A DNA stretch of 64,000 nucleotides from Schizochytrium sp. TIO01 (Eukaryota; Protista; Bigyra: Labyrinthulomycetes), in assembly GCA_004764695.1 (NCBI GenBank), contig SMSO01000032.1, positions 4,744,483 to 4,808,482 on the forward strand, written 5' to 3'. Below the pieces are notes generated by a model. That model was not told the DNA's origin. It did no database searches and saw nothing but the letters and a program-made list of their open reading frames with translations. The translations under genes were made by a program, and so were the position numbers. This document shows, in pieces, positions 11,136-23,941 of the stretch (its first letter is position 1; each line of letters opens with the position of its first letter).

Positions 11136-12233
11136 AAATAACAAGAAACAACAAGCTAGCTTGATAGCTAGCTAGCTAGCAAGCAAGGAAAGCAGGCAGG
11201 TTCGTTCCAAAAGATAGTCGCTTGTTGGAGGTTGTTACTTTTAATATGAGATTGATTTCGCACCTCCCCTGCATGAGTCTGCACATTCTGCAAATGCAGA
11301 ATCAGTGCACTGAGGCCGCCTCAAGAGCACACTCACTCGTTTCACTTGAAACCTCAAAATCAGCTTTCGACAGCGAAAGTTTATCATCAACCTTCTACTG
11401 AAGAAGCCATCAACTTGAAGCCTTCAAGTTAATCTCCCCAACTTTTCAGCTTCTCGTTGTCTCAAATTAGGTTAATCTACTGGGCCGGATCCCTAAAGAT
11501 CTCTGCAGGACGTCGCGTGAACTCCGGAATCAATCTTCGCTCAGAACGCGAGGAGCTCAGAACACGAGGCCATGTAAGCCGCAGCGATCGTCGCTTTCCA
11601 GCTTTGCCTTGCACAGCGTCCTCGATGGCAATATCTTTCTCCAAGCTGGTCCTCCTCTTCGCCGAAATCATCCGCGAAGAGCTTTGCAGCGATGCCCTTT
11701 TCACCACCGCCTCCTTCGCTCAAGCGCCTAAAAATTCCATACCGCCTCCAGGGCTTCGGCAGTCCTTCCAAACACTTGTATCCCGCCCAGATCCCGGCCA
11801 ATCCTGCCTAAAGTCGGCACGCCGCTACTCGAAAACCTGATCAGCCTTCTGTAAAAATTTGGCGCTGCTGCTGCAAGTAACAATCGATCGGCACAAGGTC
11901 GAGCTCGCGCGGGTCTCGCGCAGAAAGGGCGCCTGCTTCTGCAATCGGCGCGATGCGCACCTCCAGTCAAAAAAGACACCGCCTCGCCCACAGTTGCGGG
12001 GTCTGTGGGTCCCACATTGCGGGACTTGCCAGGATATCCTTGAGGAGGGGTTCGCCATGTCGCCGCCGAGGGAAGAGCTCGAAGAAGAAGTTCTCGAGCG
12101 CCAATTCTCTGCTGCACGCTGCTTCTTGGCCAAGGAAGACCAGCCAATTGCTGCGACAGACACGTCCCGGCTTGCTTGGCTGCTGCTTCTGCTTCTGCTT
12201 CTGCTTCTGCACGAAGGTTAAGGTTATTAATTA

Positions 12234-12260
12234 ATTGATTGATTGATTGATTGATTGATT
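12234..12260. repeat. (ATTG)n microsatellite
   Basis: Direct reading. Confidence 0.9.
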
Positions 12261-12899
12261 TCTTCGACGGCAGTTCCGCTGACTGCGCTTGTCGTGCTGT
12301 CTGTCCAAGGCGCTGCTCGTGCGTGTTCTTTAATTATGATTTATAAGGTGCTGGGAACTGCATTTCGAGGAGTTTAACATCGTCTTCGCATCGCGAGATA
12401 ACTGAACGAACCAATGACACCTGTAAACAAGCGCGACTTTCATTGCCACACGCGTTTACATTTACGCGTCCTGCACAAATGAATGGATGAATGAATGAAT
12501 GAATGAATGAATGAGCGAATGTGCGCATGGATTTGTGTTTATGCAAATAAAAGAAAACCTCTGAGCGTCAGGAAAAGGTCGATAGCTTTTTTCTTGGCTC
12601 CTTATCTTATTGGAAAGAGAGTCTTTGCTTTCGCTTTTACTATGATATCATAACAGATCAATGCTCATCAGTATGAATAGCTTTTCGATAGTTGGTAATA
12701 GGAGTATTAGTATCGCTATCAGTAGTAGTAGTAGTAGCAGTAAAAAGGTACTCTGGTACCTAATAAAAATATGAACGAATAGCAAAAAAGATGAGTTGAC
12801 AATTGCGAATTCTGGACCAAAGTCCAAAGTCGATTCTGGACTCTCTGCGCGGCAGAGCGTAGCGCTCGCGCGAGACAGAGGTCTTAGCAAAGCGTCAGG

Positions 12900-14372
12900 A
12901 TGCGGCCAGAGGGCGAACCCGACGACCCCGCACCGGCGGCAACTGGAGGACAGGACGACGAGGGCCGCCGTGACGAAGAGGGCGGCCATGAAGGCGCCCT
13001 CACGGAGCCTCGCGCAGCCTCGAGAGATGCAGCGACGGCGGACCCCGATGCTGCATCTTCGGTCGAAGAGGGAGCACACGGAGGTGACGCAGAAGCATCG
13101 GAGGTCATTGAGACCGTTGGAGAAATCGACCGCGTCTTGGAATGGGAAGAGCTGGCGGCGCTGGTGCCCAAGTCTGTGACCGGCATCGACTATGCAAATG
13201 GACCTTGCATTTCACAGAGCCGTCTGCGCTTATTTGGGAAGTCCCAGGCTGATGTCCGTGTGATTTTGTGGCGTGATAATCATGCGTGGTGCCCGTTTTG
13301 TCAAAAGGTTTGGATTTGGCTTGAGGAGAAGGAAGTTCCATATCGAGTGGAGAAAATTACGCTCGACTGCTTTGGCCTGAAGGAAGATTACTACAAGAAG
13401 ATTGTGCCGGATGGCAAGGTCCCAGCAGTTACACTTGATGGCGAGGTTATCACCGATAGTGATAACATCATTGAGCGCCTTGAGACTGCATTTGGGCCTC
13501 TTGGACCTTACTCGATGCGCTCTCAACAGGTTGTGCGACTTCGCACTCTGGAGACGTCGCTGCGAAAAGCCTGGCTCAGCTGGATGACTGAGATTGATCG
13601 CTCACCAGCAGATGCAAAGCGCCGCAAACTCTTGTTCACACAGGTTCTGGATGTTGTAGAACGCACGCTCCGCGATGCGAAGGACGGGCCATACTTTTTA
13701 GGAAGCGAGATTACAGCCGCCGACGTCGTATTTTCGCCCTGGCTAGAACGCATGAATGCAACAGGTTACTACTACAAAGGATTTCATCTTCGGTATAGCG
13801 CATCTTACCCATACATCTCTACATGGTTTGATGCTATGGAATCTAGACACACGTACCGGGGCACCCTGAGTGACTTCAACACACATGCACACGTAGTCCC
13901 TCCTTTGCTAGGTATCTTTCATGAATCTGGGGACGAAGAACAACAGCGTTGCAAAACACACGTCGATGACGGACCGTACTTTACTATTCCGGATACAGGT
14001 CTTGATGCACCACCTGATTATGCAAACGTGGCTCTAGCCCGGGTCATCAAACACAAAAACAGTTACATGAAACAGAATCCCCATCGTCATGGTGATACTG
14101 ACGAAGCTCTCCGTTGTGCACTCACATACATGATGACCAACAGGCCTCTGCGTCCACCTGAGGGCACTGCATCATCTCTGCGCTACATGCGTGATCGCAT
14201 TTGCGTTCCCCGGGACATGCCAACACATTCTGCTGAGCTCCTCCGGCATGCTCTTGAAAACACCGCACGCTTAGACAGTTTGGTGCGTGGTCAGCCCATC
14301 CCTGTCAAACATCGACTCGACCAGGAGCCGTTTGCCTTTATTAAAGCGAAACAGGAGACCTTTGATTTGTAA
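12900..14372 (+). CDS. Glutathione S-transferase with a CxxC active site (algal/cyanobacterial type) and an acidic N-terminal extension
   Basis: WRDNHAWCPFCQKVWIWLEEK, GKVPAV, DSDNII, GPYFLG..ITAADVVF and RDRICVPRDM. Confidence 0.9.
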   Translation: MRPEGEPDDPAPAATGGQDDEGRRDEEGGHEGALTEPRAASRDAATADPDAASSVEEGAHGGDAEASEVIETVGEIDRVLEWEELAALVPKSVTGIDYANGPCISQSRLRLFGKSQADVRVILWRDNHAWCPFCQKVWIWLEEKEVPYRVEKITLDCFGLKEDYYKKIVPDGKVPAVTLDGEVITDSDNIIERLETAFGPLGPYSMRSQQVVRLRTLETSLRKAWLSWMTEIDRSPADAKRRKLLFTQVLDVVERTLRDAKDGPYFLGSEITAADVVFSPWLERMNATGYYYKGFHLRYSASYPYISTWFDAMESRHTYRGTLSDFNTHAHVVPPLLGIFHESGDEEQQRCKTHVDDGPYFTIPDTGLDAPPDYANVALARVIKHKNSYMKQNPHRHGDTDEALRCALTYMMTNRPLRPPEGTASSLRYMRDRICVPRDMPTHSAELLRHALENTARLDSLVRGQPIPVKHRLDQEPFAFIKAKQETFDL

Positions 14373-15160
14373 GTCAATGGCAAATCACTGTTCGTTATGA
14401 ACTCAGCTAAAAGTATCCTATGACCAGTCGTGCATGTTCGACTACTCCAAGATCGTGGCACGCAATTTTTGTAATGCATAATTGACTCAAGACACACTAC
14501 AATCACTACAATTTATAACTCTACATTTCAATTACTAATTCCAGAGATTTACTTCACTACCTTCTTTGGATTTTTCTTATACATGTGTGTATGTGTCAGA
14601 GCTATTGCCCATACCATACAAAGTTTAACAAATGAAAATTTACTAGTGACAGGTTTTGACTCTCAGTAATCTCTAGATGGTTGAAATTGCACGAGAATAG
14701 AACATCCGTTTGGGAAGTCGCGAAAAGCTGGACACCCAAAAAGTAAAACTGTTGAACTGTAAATAGGGTATATTGTTGTCATGGACTTTTAGCAATGTAT
14801 GATCGATGTTGAAATCGAAAAAAGAAATGTTATAAAGAGTTACGTTACTTTAATTGGCGAGAATTGAAGATATAGATGAACAGTTAGGTCTCACGGTATC
14901 CAAAGCAACAGAATATTTGGGTTTCATCAATGATATGCACCAGATAATTACCCCAAATTATTGGGACAACACAATTATGTTGAAAATGACTCCCACACTT
15001 ATGTGTTCCCTAACTTGCCATTTTTAGGTGAATAGAAACAGCAATGGTGTCCGATGAACAAATTTCTCACTGGGTGCAGCATGCTAAATATAACACCTGA
15101 TTGCGTGGAGGAGAAGATACATTATCAGAGAGACAGAGCATGAAATATATGCAATGTAGT

Positions 15161-16038
15161 TTAATCCTCTTCATCAGATGACAAATCATCAAGTGGATCG
15201 TTACCCCGTTTTTTCATAACCCGGTAGAAATCCTCTTGATTGATTGCACCTTCACCTGTTCGATCTGCCTCGTCGATCATCTCCTGAAGTTCCTCATCTG
15301 TGAGATCCTCTCCAAGTTCTTGAGCAACACGTTTAAGGTTGCGAAATGTAATTTTGCCCGTGCCTTCTTCGTCAAAAAGTGCGAAGATCTTCATGATCTC
15401 TTCTCTTGCATCGCGACCGTTCATTTTCTCTGTCATAAGCTCTGTGAACTCACTGAATTCAATAGCACCGCCTGTTTCATCGAGACGATGACCGTGGTCT
15501 TCAAGCATTTGACGAATCTCAGCCTTCTTTACAGTAAAGCCTAGCGCTCGCATCGCAGCTTTCAACTCGCGCACATCAATGGTGCCTGAGCTATCTGTGT
15601 CAAAAAGTTGAAATGCCTCGCGAAGTTCTTCGAGCTGCTCTTCATCCAGAGCCTGTTTGTTTTTCCGTGGCTTTCGTCGCGGCGATAGGAGACCACTCTT
15701 CGCGTTGCGGTACGCCTCGGCAGCGCTCGCAGTCCCAACGGTACCCGCCCCATAGCGACTCTGTATATTAAATCACATGATCCAAGCCATACACATTACA
15801 TGCAATATCCAAGTCAGCATCATCTACAAAGATCTCGAAACCGATTGCGTCACCACAATTGCATCCCAGAAGAGCCTTTCGAGCTTCTGCTGATTTTATT
15901 CACGACTACAAACAGCCCCGACAAGGTATGTTTTCCTACCGATCACTTGATCTCATATACGCAATAGCCGCACACTAGATCGCAAGAAGCTGTCCAAGGG
16001 AAATAGATACATGCATCTCGTCTCTTCTTACGTACCAT
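15161..16038 (-). CDS. Centrin (caltractin); exon 1 is the ATG only (16036-16038), exon 2 is 15760-15161, 200 aa
   Basis: [36 protein letters not shown] ... [24 protein letters not shown]. The frame has no upstream ATG until the intron 15761-16035 (AAAATG|GTACGT ... TAATATACAG|AGT) is removed. Confidence 0.9.
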
Positions 16039-19000
16039 TTTGTCTTTCCACGGCTTTCCAAACGCCCTCCAACCCCGTAAAGCGTCACGGTTTTGCTCCT
16101 CGCGAAGGGGGAGCGAGCTATATAACTGGGGGCCTTTTTCTGTCAACTAAGTAAGTAAAAACAAAAATTCAACCGCCGTACATATTTTATTATATAATAT
16201 CAACCCGATGGTCTTGGTGAGGCTTTCGCTTTATATTAGATAGAATGCTGTACTTTTCGAGCTCAATTGGAGCGCCTCGGCAGTAAAATGCTCAAGACAC
16301 AGTCTTGGGATACTGCAAGGGTTTTCTCGGCAAGTAAGCTGCGTGGGGTCATGGAAAATGGATACAAAATCCCAGTCGAAAGACAGTAAATTTTGGGTTT
16401 GGGTATGGAGTTTCAGAAGTTATTTTGAGGCAAGAACTACGGACCTACTTCCATTGAGCTATTTTCCCTTTGCAGGGTTTTGTAGAAAAAGGAAAGATTT
16501 CGAAGGGTCCGCTGGTAGTAAGAACTCGCTAAGAACAAACGAATATGGTTGAGATAGAGTATTGTGCTGTTACATAAAAAAGGAGATGTTGAGTTTTTTC
16601 TTCAGAAGCCCAGCTGATATGCAGACACGTCTTCTCCCCATTTAAGCAATAACTGAGCAATCGGATATACGTGCAACTTATGTTTGTTCATGCTTATTGA
16701 GAAATCCATTGGTCTAGATGAGGAAATCACACATGGTACTCATATTACTCTAAGATGCCACTGGAATCAATTTCCCTCCCATCGAACGAACACATACCTA
16801 GCTAGATACCAAAATAAGACATTCCAGAAGCACATCGTCAATGTAAATGGGGTCTTCCCCATGAGCGGTAAAAGTTAATAGTTTTATTACATTTTCTACG
16901 AAAATAAATCGTGACTGTTCACCCCTACTTGTCAACCGCCTATTATAGGGATTGTGAGTGTAATGTTTTGCGGTCATCAGAACCTACTTGAGTGCATGGT
17001 GCAAAGGACGAGAGAGATGGTTGAACTAGCTACCCCAGGAACTCAGTTTGGAGCCAGAAGATATCACTTGAACATATAAAGTCTTTGAAGCCATAATATC
17101 AGGTCTGTGAGGAGCCAACTTTTTACCTGAGTTTAAACAGTATTGTAGGCTTAAATCACGGGTCTGGATCATATCGTTTTGTCAGTCAATCATAGGAACA
17201 TACTGTGTATTTGTAAGGTCATGTAAGAGTTTGATCATTTTCAATATACCTGAAACATGAGAAGAGTGTAATCATTGCTCTGGTACCCAACAAAAATAAT
17301 TTTGATAGAAGGCGTCGCCTATCAATCGAAAACTCTCTGCATAATTCATAGTGTCCCCCAAATTTAAATGATTCTCTGTTTTAGCAACTCTGCGAGTAAT
17401 TGCACATCCATGACTTGGTACACATTTGATTTATGCTGTACGTAAATTTATATTGCAAAGACGTAGGTGGCGTTTGTTCTGGTTTTGTAATTTTCTAAAA
17501 AAATTGTGACTCGCCAGCATGTAGGACAGCTGGAATGAAGTGAATCAACTTGAATTGTATTTACTCTCAAACATATTCAACAAAGATAAGATGGCATTAG
17601 AGAGTGCAATTGAGCAGTTCGTGCAAATAGACATAGGTAGCACACATTTACGTGCCACTGTAGATCATTTAGTTTTGCTCGTCGACGCTCAATGTGCCAT
17701 TTTTATTTATCACTTGAATCATATACAATTTTCCAAATGTGGGCTTCGGTCACAATTTCTCAAGTCAGAGAGAGTGTATTCATCTTGTGTGTTTTGTAGA
17801 ATGTGTTGACACTGAACCAACCTTCGGGCCAAATTGTTTCGGCCACTTGGATCCCGGTCAATACATGGAAGAAAGGATTAAAGGACGAATGATATCTCTT
17901 GAAGGGGATTGAAATGACTCACTACTGTGTATGGGGTATTGTACCCTCATTTGTTCTGAGTATGATTCTTGCCAGGTTGCCTCAGTCTTCAGTTGATATA
18001 AGGGAGAGCTTGAAGCCATCAGTTATAGTCGCATCCGAAGTGCGAGTGGAGAGGAGTGGAGGAGAAGTTCTTCAAACTTTTGCACAGCCTCAGTCGGTTT
18101 GCGTCGGTCTCTGAAATCCTGTTTTCCGTTCTTTGCGCCGGAGCTTTCATTCCTTTTACTTCCCCCGTGTGCCGAGTTTCGACAGGACACTTGGATCCAG
18201 GTGCAATTCAGCAGCAGAGGTAGCGCACGAACTCAACCAAAAAGATGACGTCTGCAGAACTGTGCACAACTTTCCAACCTGCAGTGTTTCCAACTTGAGC
18301 TCCAACACATGCTTTCTGACGCCGTCAGACAGCCAGGGACCTGCTATTTCTCAGTACGGTTTGGCTCAGGCTGGGATGTGAAAAGTTGAATCTGAATAAA
18401 CAATCCACCCCAACTGGAAACATCAATCATATAATATAAGCATCCACCCAACTATTTTATAAGAATTAAAATTATAAAACATCTAATTTTATTAAATTAA
18501 AACAAAAAACACTTTACGAAAAGAAAAAGAAAGTAGCGATTACTTTCTTTCATTGATTTAAAAAAACAACAAAAAAAAACACGCCTACCGTGCGGTGGGT
18601 ATCCTCTACCTCTGCAATGCTTCATTTAACACAGAAAAAGAAAAAGAAAAGTAAATATAAATATCGTTTAAAACTATTTCTAATTTTAATTTTTAGAAAA
18701 AGAAAAAGAAACAGAAGAAGAAGAAGAAGAAGAAGAAGTAAGTTTTTAATTCTGTTCCATTCATTCCAATCATGAAACACTCACTCACTCACTCTCGAAT
18801 TGGAAACTTGTGAAGGACACTTGGATCCACGCCTCAGTGGCACTATGGAGGAAGCGCCGTGATGCATCGAATCACAAGGACACTTGGATCTCAGACTGGC
18901 GCTGCTTGGCCTCCTCTGCGCAAACAGCAGCGGCCAAACCGTCCACCGGGGCTCTCTCTCTCTCGAGTCGAGGAGTTTGCATCGGTCGAGGAGTGTCATT

Positions 19001-19589
19001 CGTTGCCTGCCATCCATCAACCAGTCCGTGGACGACTCGCGTGGCGGCCACTCAATCAATCAGCTTCACGGCACTATTGACTCATTCATGTCAGTGCGGT
19101 TTTCCGCTGCAGCTCGCGCAAACGCCGTCGATGGCGATGCTCTGAGTCGGCCTTTGGGCGTTGCGCTGCGCTGCCTGCCTGCCTGCTTGCAGCTTCCTGC
19201 AAGCTCGCCTCGAGCGAGCGCCGCATCGGCTGCAGCTGCAAACTCAGGGCGTGCGGGTGGCCTGGCCTTCCTTGCTCGAAAGAAATCAGCGTCACTCAGG
19301 TTTCCAAGTTTCGACCTTTCGGTTTTATGCTTCTCAGTCAGCAGCGTTTTCAAGATTTGGATGTGCGTTTCGGGCTGCTTCTGAGCGACTCGAGTTGAGT
19401 TTTCGACTCGAGTTGAGTTGAGTTGAGTTGAGTTGACTTGTGCTAAGTGCCTTCTCGCGTCGCCGCGGTTTGCCGGCCCGCGAAAGCGAGAAAGTCCAAC
19501 TAAATAACCCACGAATTCCTCACGACAGATATCGCAGCTGGTTTCCCCGTCCAGCTGCAGCTACATTCGCACATTCGCACGTACGTACA

Positions 19590-19660
19590 TACACACAAAC
19601 AAACAAACATACAAACATACAAACATACAAACATACAAACATACAAACATACAAACATAC
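19590..19660. repeat. (CAAACATA)n / (CAAA)n compound microsatellite
   Basis: Direct reading. Confidence 0.9.
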
Positions 19661-22600
19661 GTACGTACTTTCTCACTCACTGACTGTTTATTTGATTGCG
19701 CGCAATCAACAATCACTCTCTCTAAAACTTTGCCACTGGGATACGCAGCCTCCAAACTTCCCACCACTTCGTGGCACCTTTAACTTCAGCAGCGGAAGCG
19801 ATCTTAACTTAAGCTCCGCGGGCCTCGATTCTGAGCAGCCCTCGAGCGCCATCCGCTGCCGCTCAAGGGCTGCCGACGCGTAGGCAATGCAGTGCTGTGC
19901 TGCGTCCATCGCTGAAGGAAGCCCAAGTCGTTGGTGTGTATTTGTGTATTTATGTATTTATGTATTCGTGGATTTGTGGATGTATGTAATCGAGGAATCG
20001 GAACGATGATGGCAAAGCTGGGGCTCTTGAAGGTCGATATCGCTCACTCAGGCATCCACTCGCTCAAGGGCTGGAGGTGGCGCAGTTTGGCTGCATGCTG
20101 ACAGACAGGCTTGCTTGCTTGGTTGCTTGGTTGCTTGGTTGCTTGGGTTTCCAGCGATCGTTGTTCGCTAAAAGCTCGAGATCCAAGTGGCTCCAAAGCC
20201 TGAGTCTCACCGACTCGTTATGGATTGCTAAGCGGAAACCGCGCACGAGTGGAGTGAAAATGTAAAGGTCGCTGCTGATTGAAGAAACTGGCGATTCAGA
20301 CGGAGCGTGTGCACGCTTCTCTGGAGCTACAGGTGTAGGTAATGGATGGCAGGCAGTTTTAGAAGTAAGTTGACTTTGTGGCGGAGAGCGCAGCAGCATG
20401 AATATAGGAAACGCTGGAGATGAAGTTAAGTTTTCTCGTAAGGGAGGAGAGGATTAGATATACACATAGACAGGCGCATAAAGACAGACACGCAGACATA
20501 GAAACCCACTGGAAGGTAAACATTTGTTTGGGTAATTTTGCGAGAGTATCGGCGCCTCCGCATTTCCTTCCGAAGCACTTTCGGCAGAGCTGCCGCTTCC
20601 TTTATGGATCGACTATCGTTGCCCGAGCTTCTTTCTGCGCTTTTCTGTGAAAGTAAAGAGGGAAGCAGAAAGCATGTTGGAGAAGGTCATTCAGGCTGCT
20701 CTTTCCTATGTATTTGATTTGTACTTATATATGTAATAATAATAAACTTTATCAAAAAACTAGAACCAGAAAAGGCTGTATGATAATAATAATAATAATA
20801 ACAAACCATTCTTCTCTCTTACTCTCTCTCTGTATATATAAAATTTAGGGGCATTTTACTTTCATTATAAAAAAAGTTTCTTAAAAACGTTTTTTTTTTT
20901 TTTTTTAAATAAATTTAATTTTAATAAGTAACACAAAAGTTTTGTTTTCATTAAAAACTATAAGTTAAATTAAATACTAAATGAAATGAACAACCACAAC
21001 GTGAAACAGGAAAGGCCCTCACTGCCTCAAGTCAGAGTGCAATTAGAATCGGTTATCGTCCAAATTGGAGTGCTAGATGCAAGGACAGCTTGGAACTATT
21101 TTAAAATCAACACGGGTGACACTAATTTTTCCTGGGCTCTTTTAATAATAAAACTCAAGAAGGAACGCCGGTTTCTACGCCGGTTGCGCCGAAAACGAAA
21201 TTGTTTTCGGCCACTCGAATCCGCCAAAGGCGCGTTTCTTAAACATCTTCATAGGTTATATCTTGACGTGGAATTAAAGGATGACTAGTTTTGGATCTGC
21301 TTCTTTCTTTCAAGGGACGCATCCCAAAAGCAAAATGAGTCGTACATTCATTCACATTCGAAGAAGCAGTATGTCAAAATTTCTACCAAAGATCATAGCA
21401 AAGAAAGTCAATAGCTTCAACGCGAGATAAGATAGCACATGGTTTACAAAACCGCTTTCTGCTCGCACAGAGAATACGAGCGGGTAATCAAAATCTTACA
21501 GTGAGTATCTAAATTTGTTGATAGCAATCGCCAGGACCTCTTTCTCTTTTAACCCCATCCGCATTTCGGCATACGCCGTGCCCAGCTTCTCCTTTTCCAC
21601 TCGCTTTTGACAACATTTCCAAAGTTCTTCACGCGATGTTTTCCACGCTAAACATCCCTTTCGCCCCATAATCTCTTACTTGTCCTTCGAGTCAGTCAGT
21701 CGGCGCGTTGTTGCAATCGAACAACCCGGATAATCCAAGCATCTCCTCCTCCGCCACCCTCCCGGTGCGTCCATGCGTTTCCAAAGCCATCGGTGCGCCA
21801 CATCCACGTTGAATCTCATAATCTCATAATCTCATAATCTCGACGTTTTGGATACTCCGTACGCCGCTCGAGCGATCCATCTTTCGCGGTCCTGCAAGTT
21901 GGATACGCCCTTTCTGATCTAGGCGGGATTTCCCGCGCTTCTTCAGAGAAAGATCACTCGCAGCCAGCTGAGCCCGTGTCTGTCTGCGCCCACCGCGCGC
22001 TCTCAGGCCGCCCCTGCTCTAGGCGAGGCCGGTCTTGCGCACCCGCAGAGCGGCTCGTGCCTGTGCGTGCCTCCGTGGAGCGGAGTGACTGCCTGAGATT
22101 GTGATGAGGTTAGTATCCGCGAATCTCCGGATTTCTGATTATAAAAAAATATATATATTTAATAAAATAATAAAAAAACTTTTAAAAAAAAAAAAGAAGG
22201 AAACGTTGCCCTTTAAACTTAAAAATTCGCGATCGATGTGATGATGTGCCACGAATAGTACAGGTATGATCGTGGGAATATAAAGTAAAATGAGATGGAA
22301 CAAGTCGTGGGTGGGATGATGAGGTGCTCTTCTCGAGAACAAACTATGCAGTGAACTGCCACGATGAAGGCCGATAGATTAACATAGAAGAGGGCGAATG
22401 GGAGGTACTGCCGAGGAAGTAGATACCTAGGTAGGCAGATGCAGGAAAAGCTTGGAGATAATGACAAGGTACTACCTGAACTTAATTTATTTATAGAATT
22501 ATTAAATTAAGAATAGTGATCATAAACACTTTACATTGATTGAAGAAGCGAAGAAGACCTCCTTGGGCGAATGAAAGCTTCCCTGAGAAAGCTAGCTTGG

Positions 22601-23809
22601 AGAATACGTCAGGAAGCAGGGAGGCTTGGAAAGGATCTAAACGTACTCACCTCCTCTGTGGACATTCGCTTAAGCTTTCGAAAGCTCGCTTGCAACTACA
22701 CCGGCTACTGGCGAAGTAAATAATACTGGGATTGTGGATAATTTATAGTATACACAACACATATTACATAAACCCGTAGTAGAAGGATATCTGATAATGA
22801 AAAAAATAGATAAAAGCAAGCGGGCCTAGACTTAGTTTCAAGATGGTCGTCTCTGGCTTATTTGATTATCATCACAAAACATGCGTTAATGTGCTTCGGT
22901 GACAAGGATCTGCAGTTACCTAAGCCAATAAGTGGCCGAATCCTACACAGTTAACTTGTGCAGCATGAAACTTCACGAGTTGGTTTCGATATTCTCAATA
23001 TAACAAATTTATACTCAAGGGAACTCCGGCGTCTCGAGGCGTTGCAAAAAAAGGTTGCACCTAGGCTTCAAGTCTCTGTGACCTCTGTAAGAATGTTTGC
23101 AAAACTTTCAGTGTATGTATATCATGCTTACACTATTAATTAAAAAGAGTTCCGTGCATGAGGAGACTCTGCGAGCTTGCGCAACTGCACCTTTTGGCCG
23201 TAGCACTTGGATCCAAGTGTCTTGCGCACGAGTTTGTATTTTCTCTATTTCCGTGGCATTGCTTTCTGGTAATTATAATTTCAAGTTGGAAAACCTCTAA
23301 CCAGAACAGTCGAGGATTGGATCAGACTCTGCTACGATTCTTCGGCCACTGATTCCTGGCTTTGTTTGCCCACCAATTCAACTTTAGACTGTCAAACTAT
23401 GCATCGACAATCCACAATCCCGCTTCTGTTTGCATCATAGCTCCAGGGCCACGCCCTTCGCCTCTGAGCCGCCCCGCGCCAGGCTGCTCGAGATCTCGAA
23501 GGGGCAAGCAACACCGGTCAGAAACTGTTTGCAGTGCCGTCGGAATCCTCGGTACAATCCTTAGCCCCTCTTTGAAAAAGGAATTTTAAAGCCAAAGCAT
23601 AAACCAAAAACTCGGGTGTCTAGAACCTCAGAACCTGCTAGAACGAGCGGCGAATTGCCTTTTACTTCAAGCCACGCAAACTGTAGCTTCAAGTCGCAGA
23701 CGGCGGCGTTGTTGGGCCCTCTGCTGCGACCTTGATCCACCGCCGCGGGGCCTTGAAGAAGACAAAACCAAACCAAACAAGACAGGACAAAACAAAACAA
23801 AAGCTCTTC

Positions 23810-23941
23810 TGTTTGTTTGTTTGTTTGTTTGTTTGTTTGTTTGTTTGTTTGTTTGTTTGTTTGTTTGTTTGTTTGTTTGTTTGTTTGTTTGTTTGTTTGT
23901 TTGTTTGTTTGTTTGTTTGTTTGTTTGTTTGTTTGTTTGTT
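23810..23941. repeat. Long perfect (GTTT)n microsatellite
   Basis: About 130 bp uninterrupted. Confidence 0.97.

Noticed and set aside
15562-15753. Apparent frameshift in centrin (63-aa ORF overlapping the 137-aa ORF)
   Set aside because: The centrin frame is continuous to 15760 and an upstream ATG exon explains the start, so no frameshift is needed.
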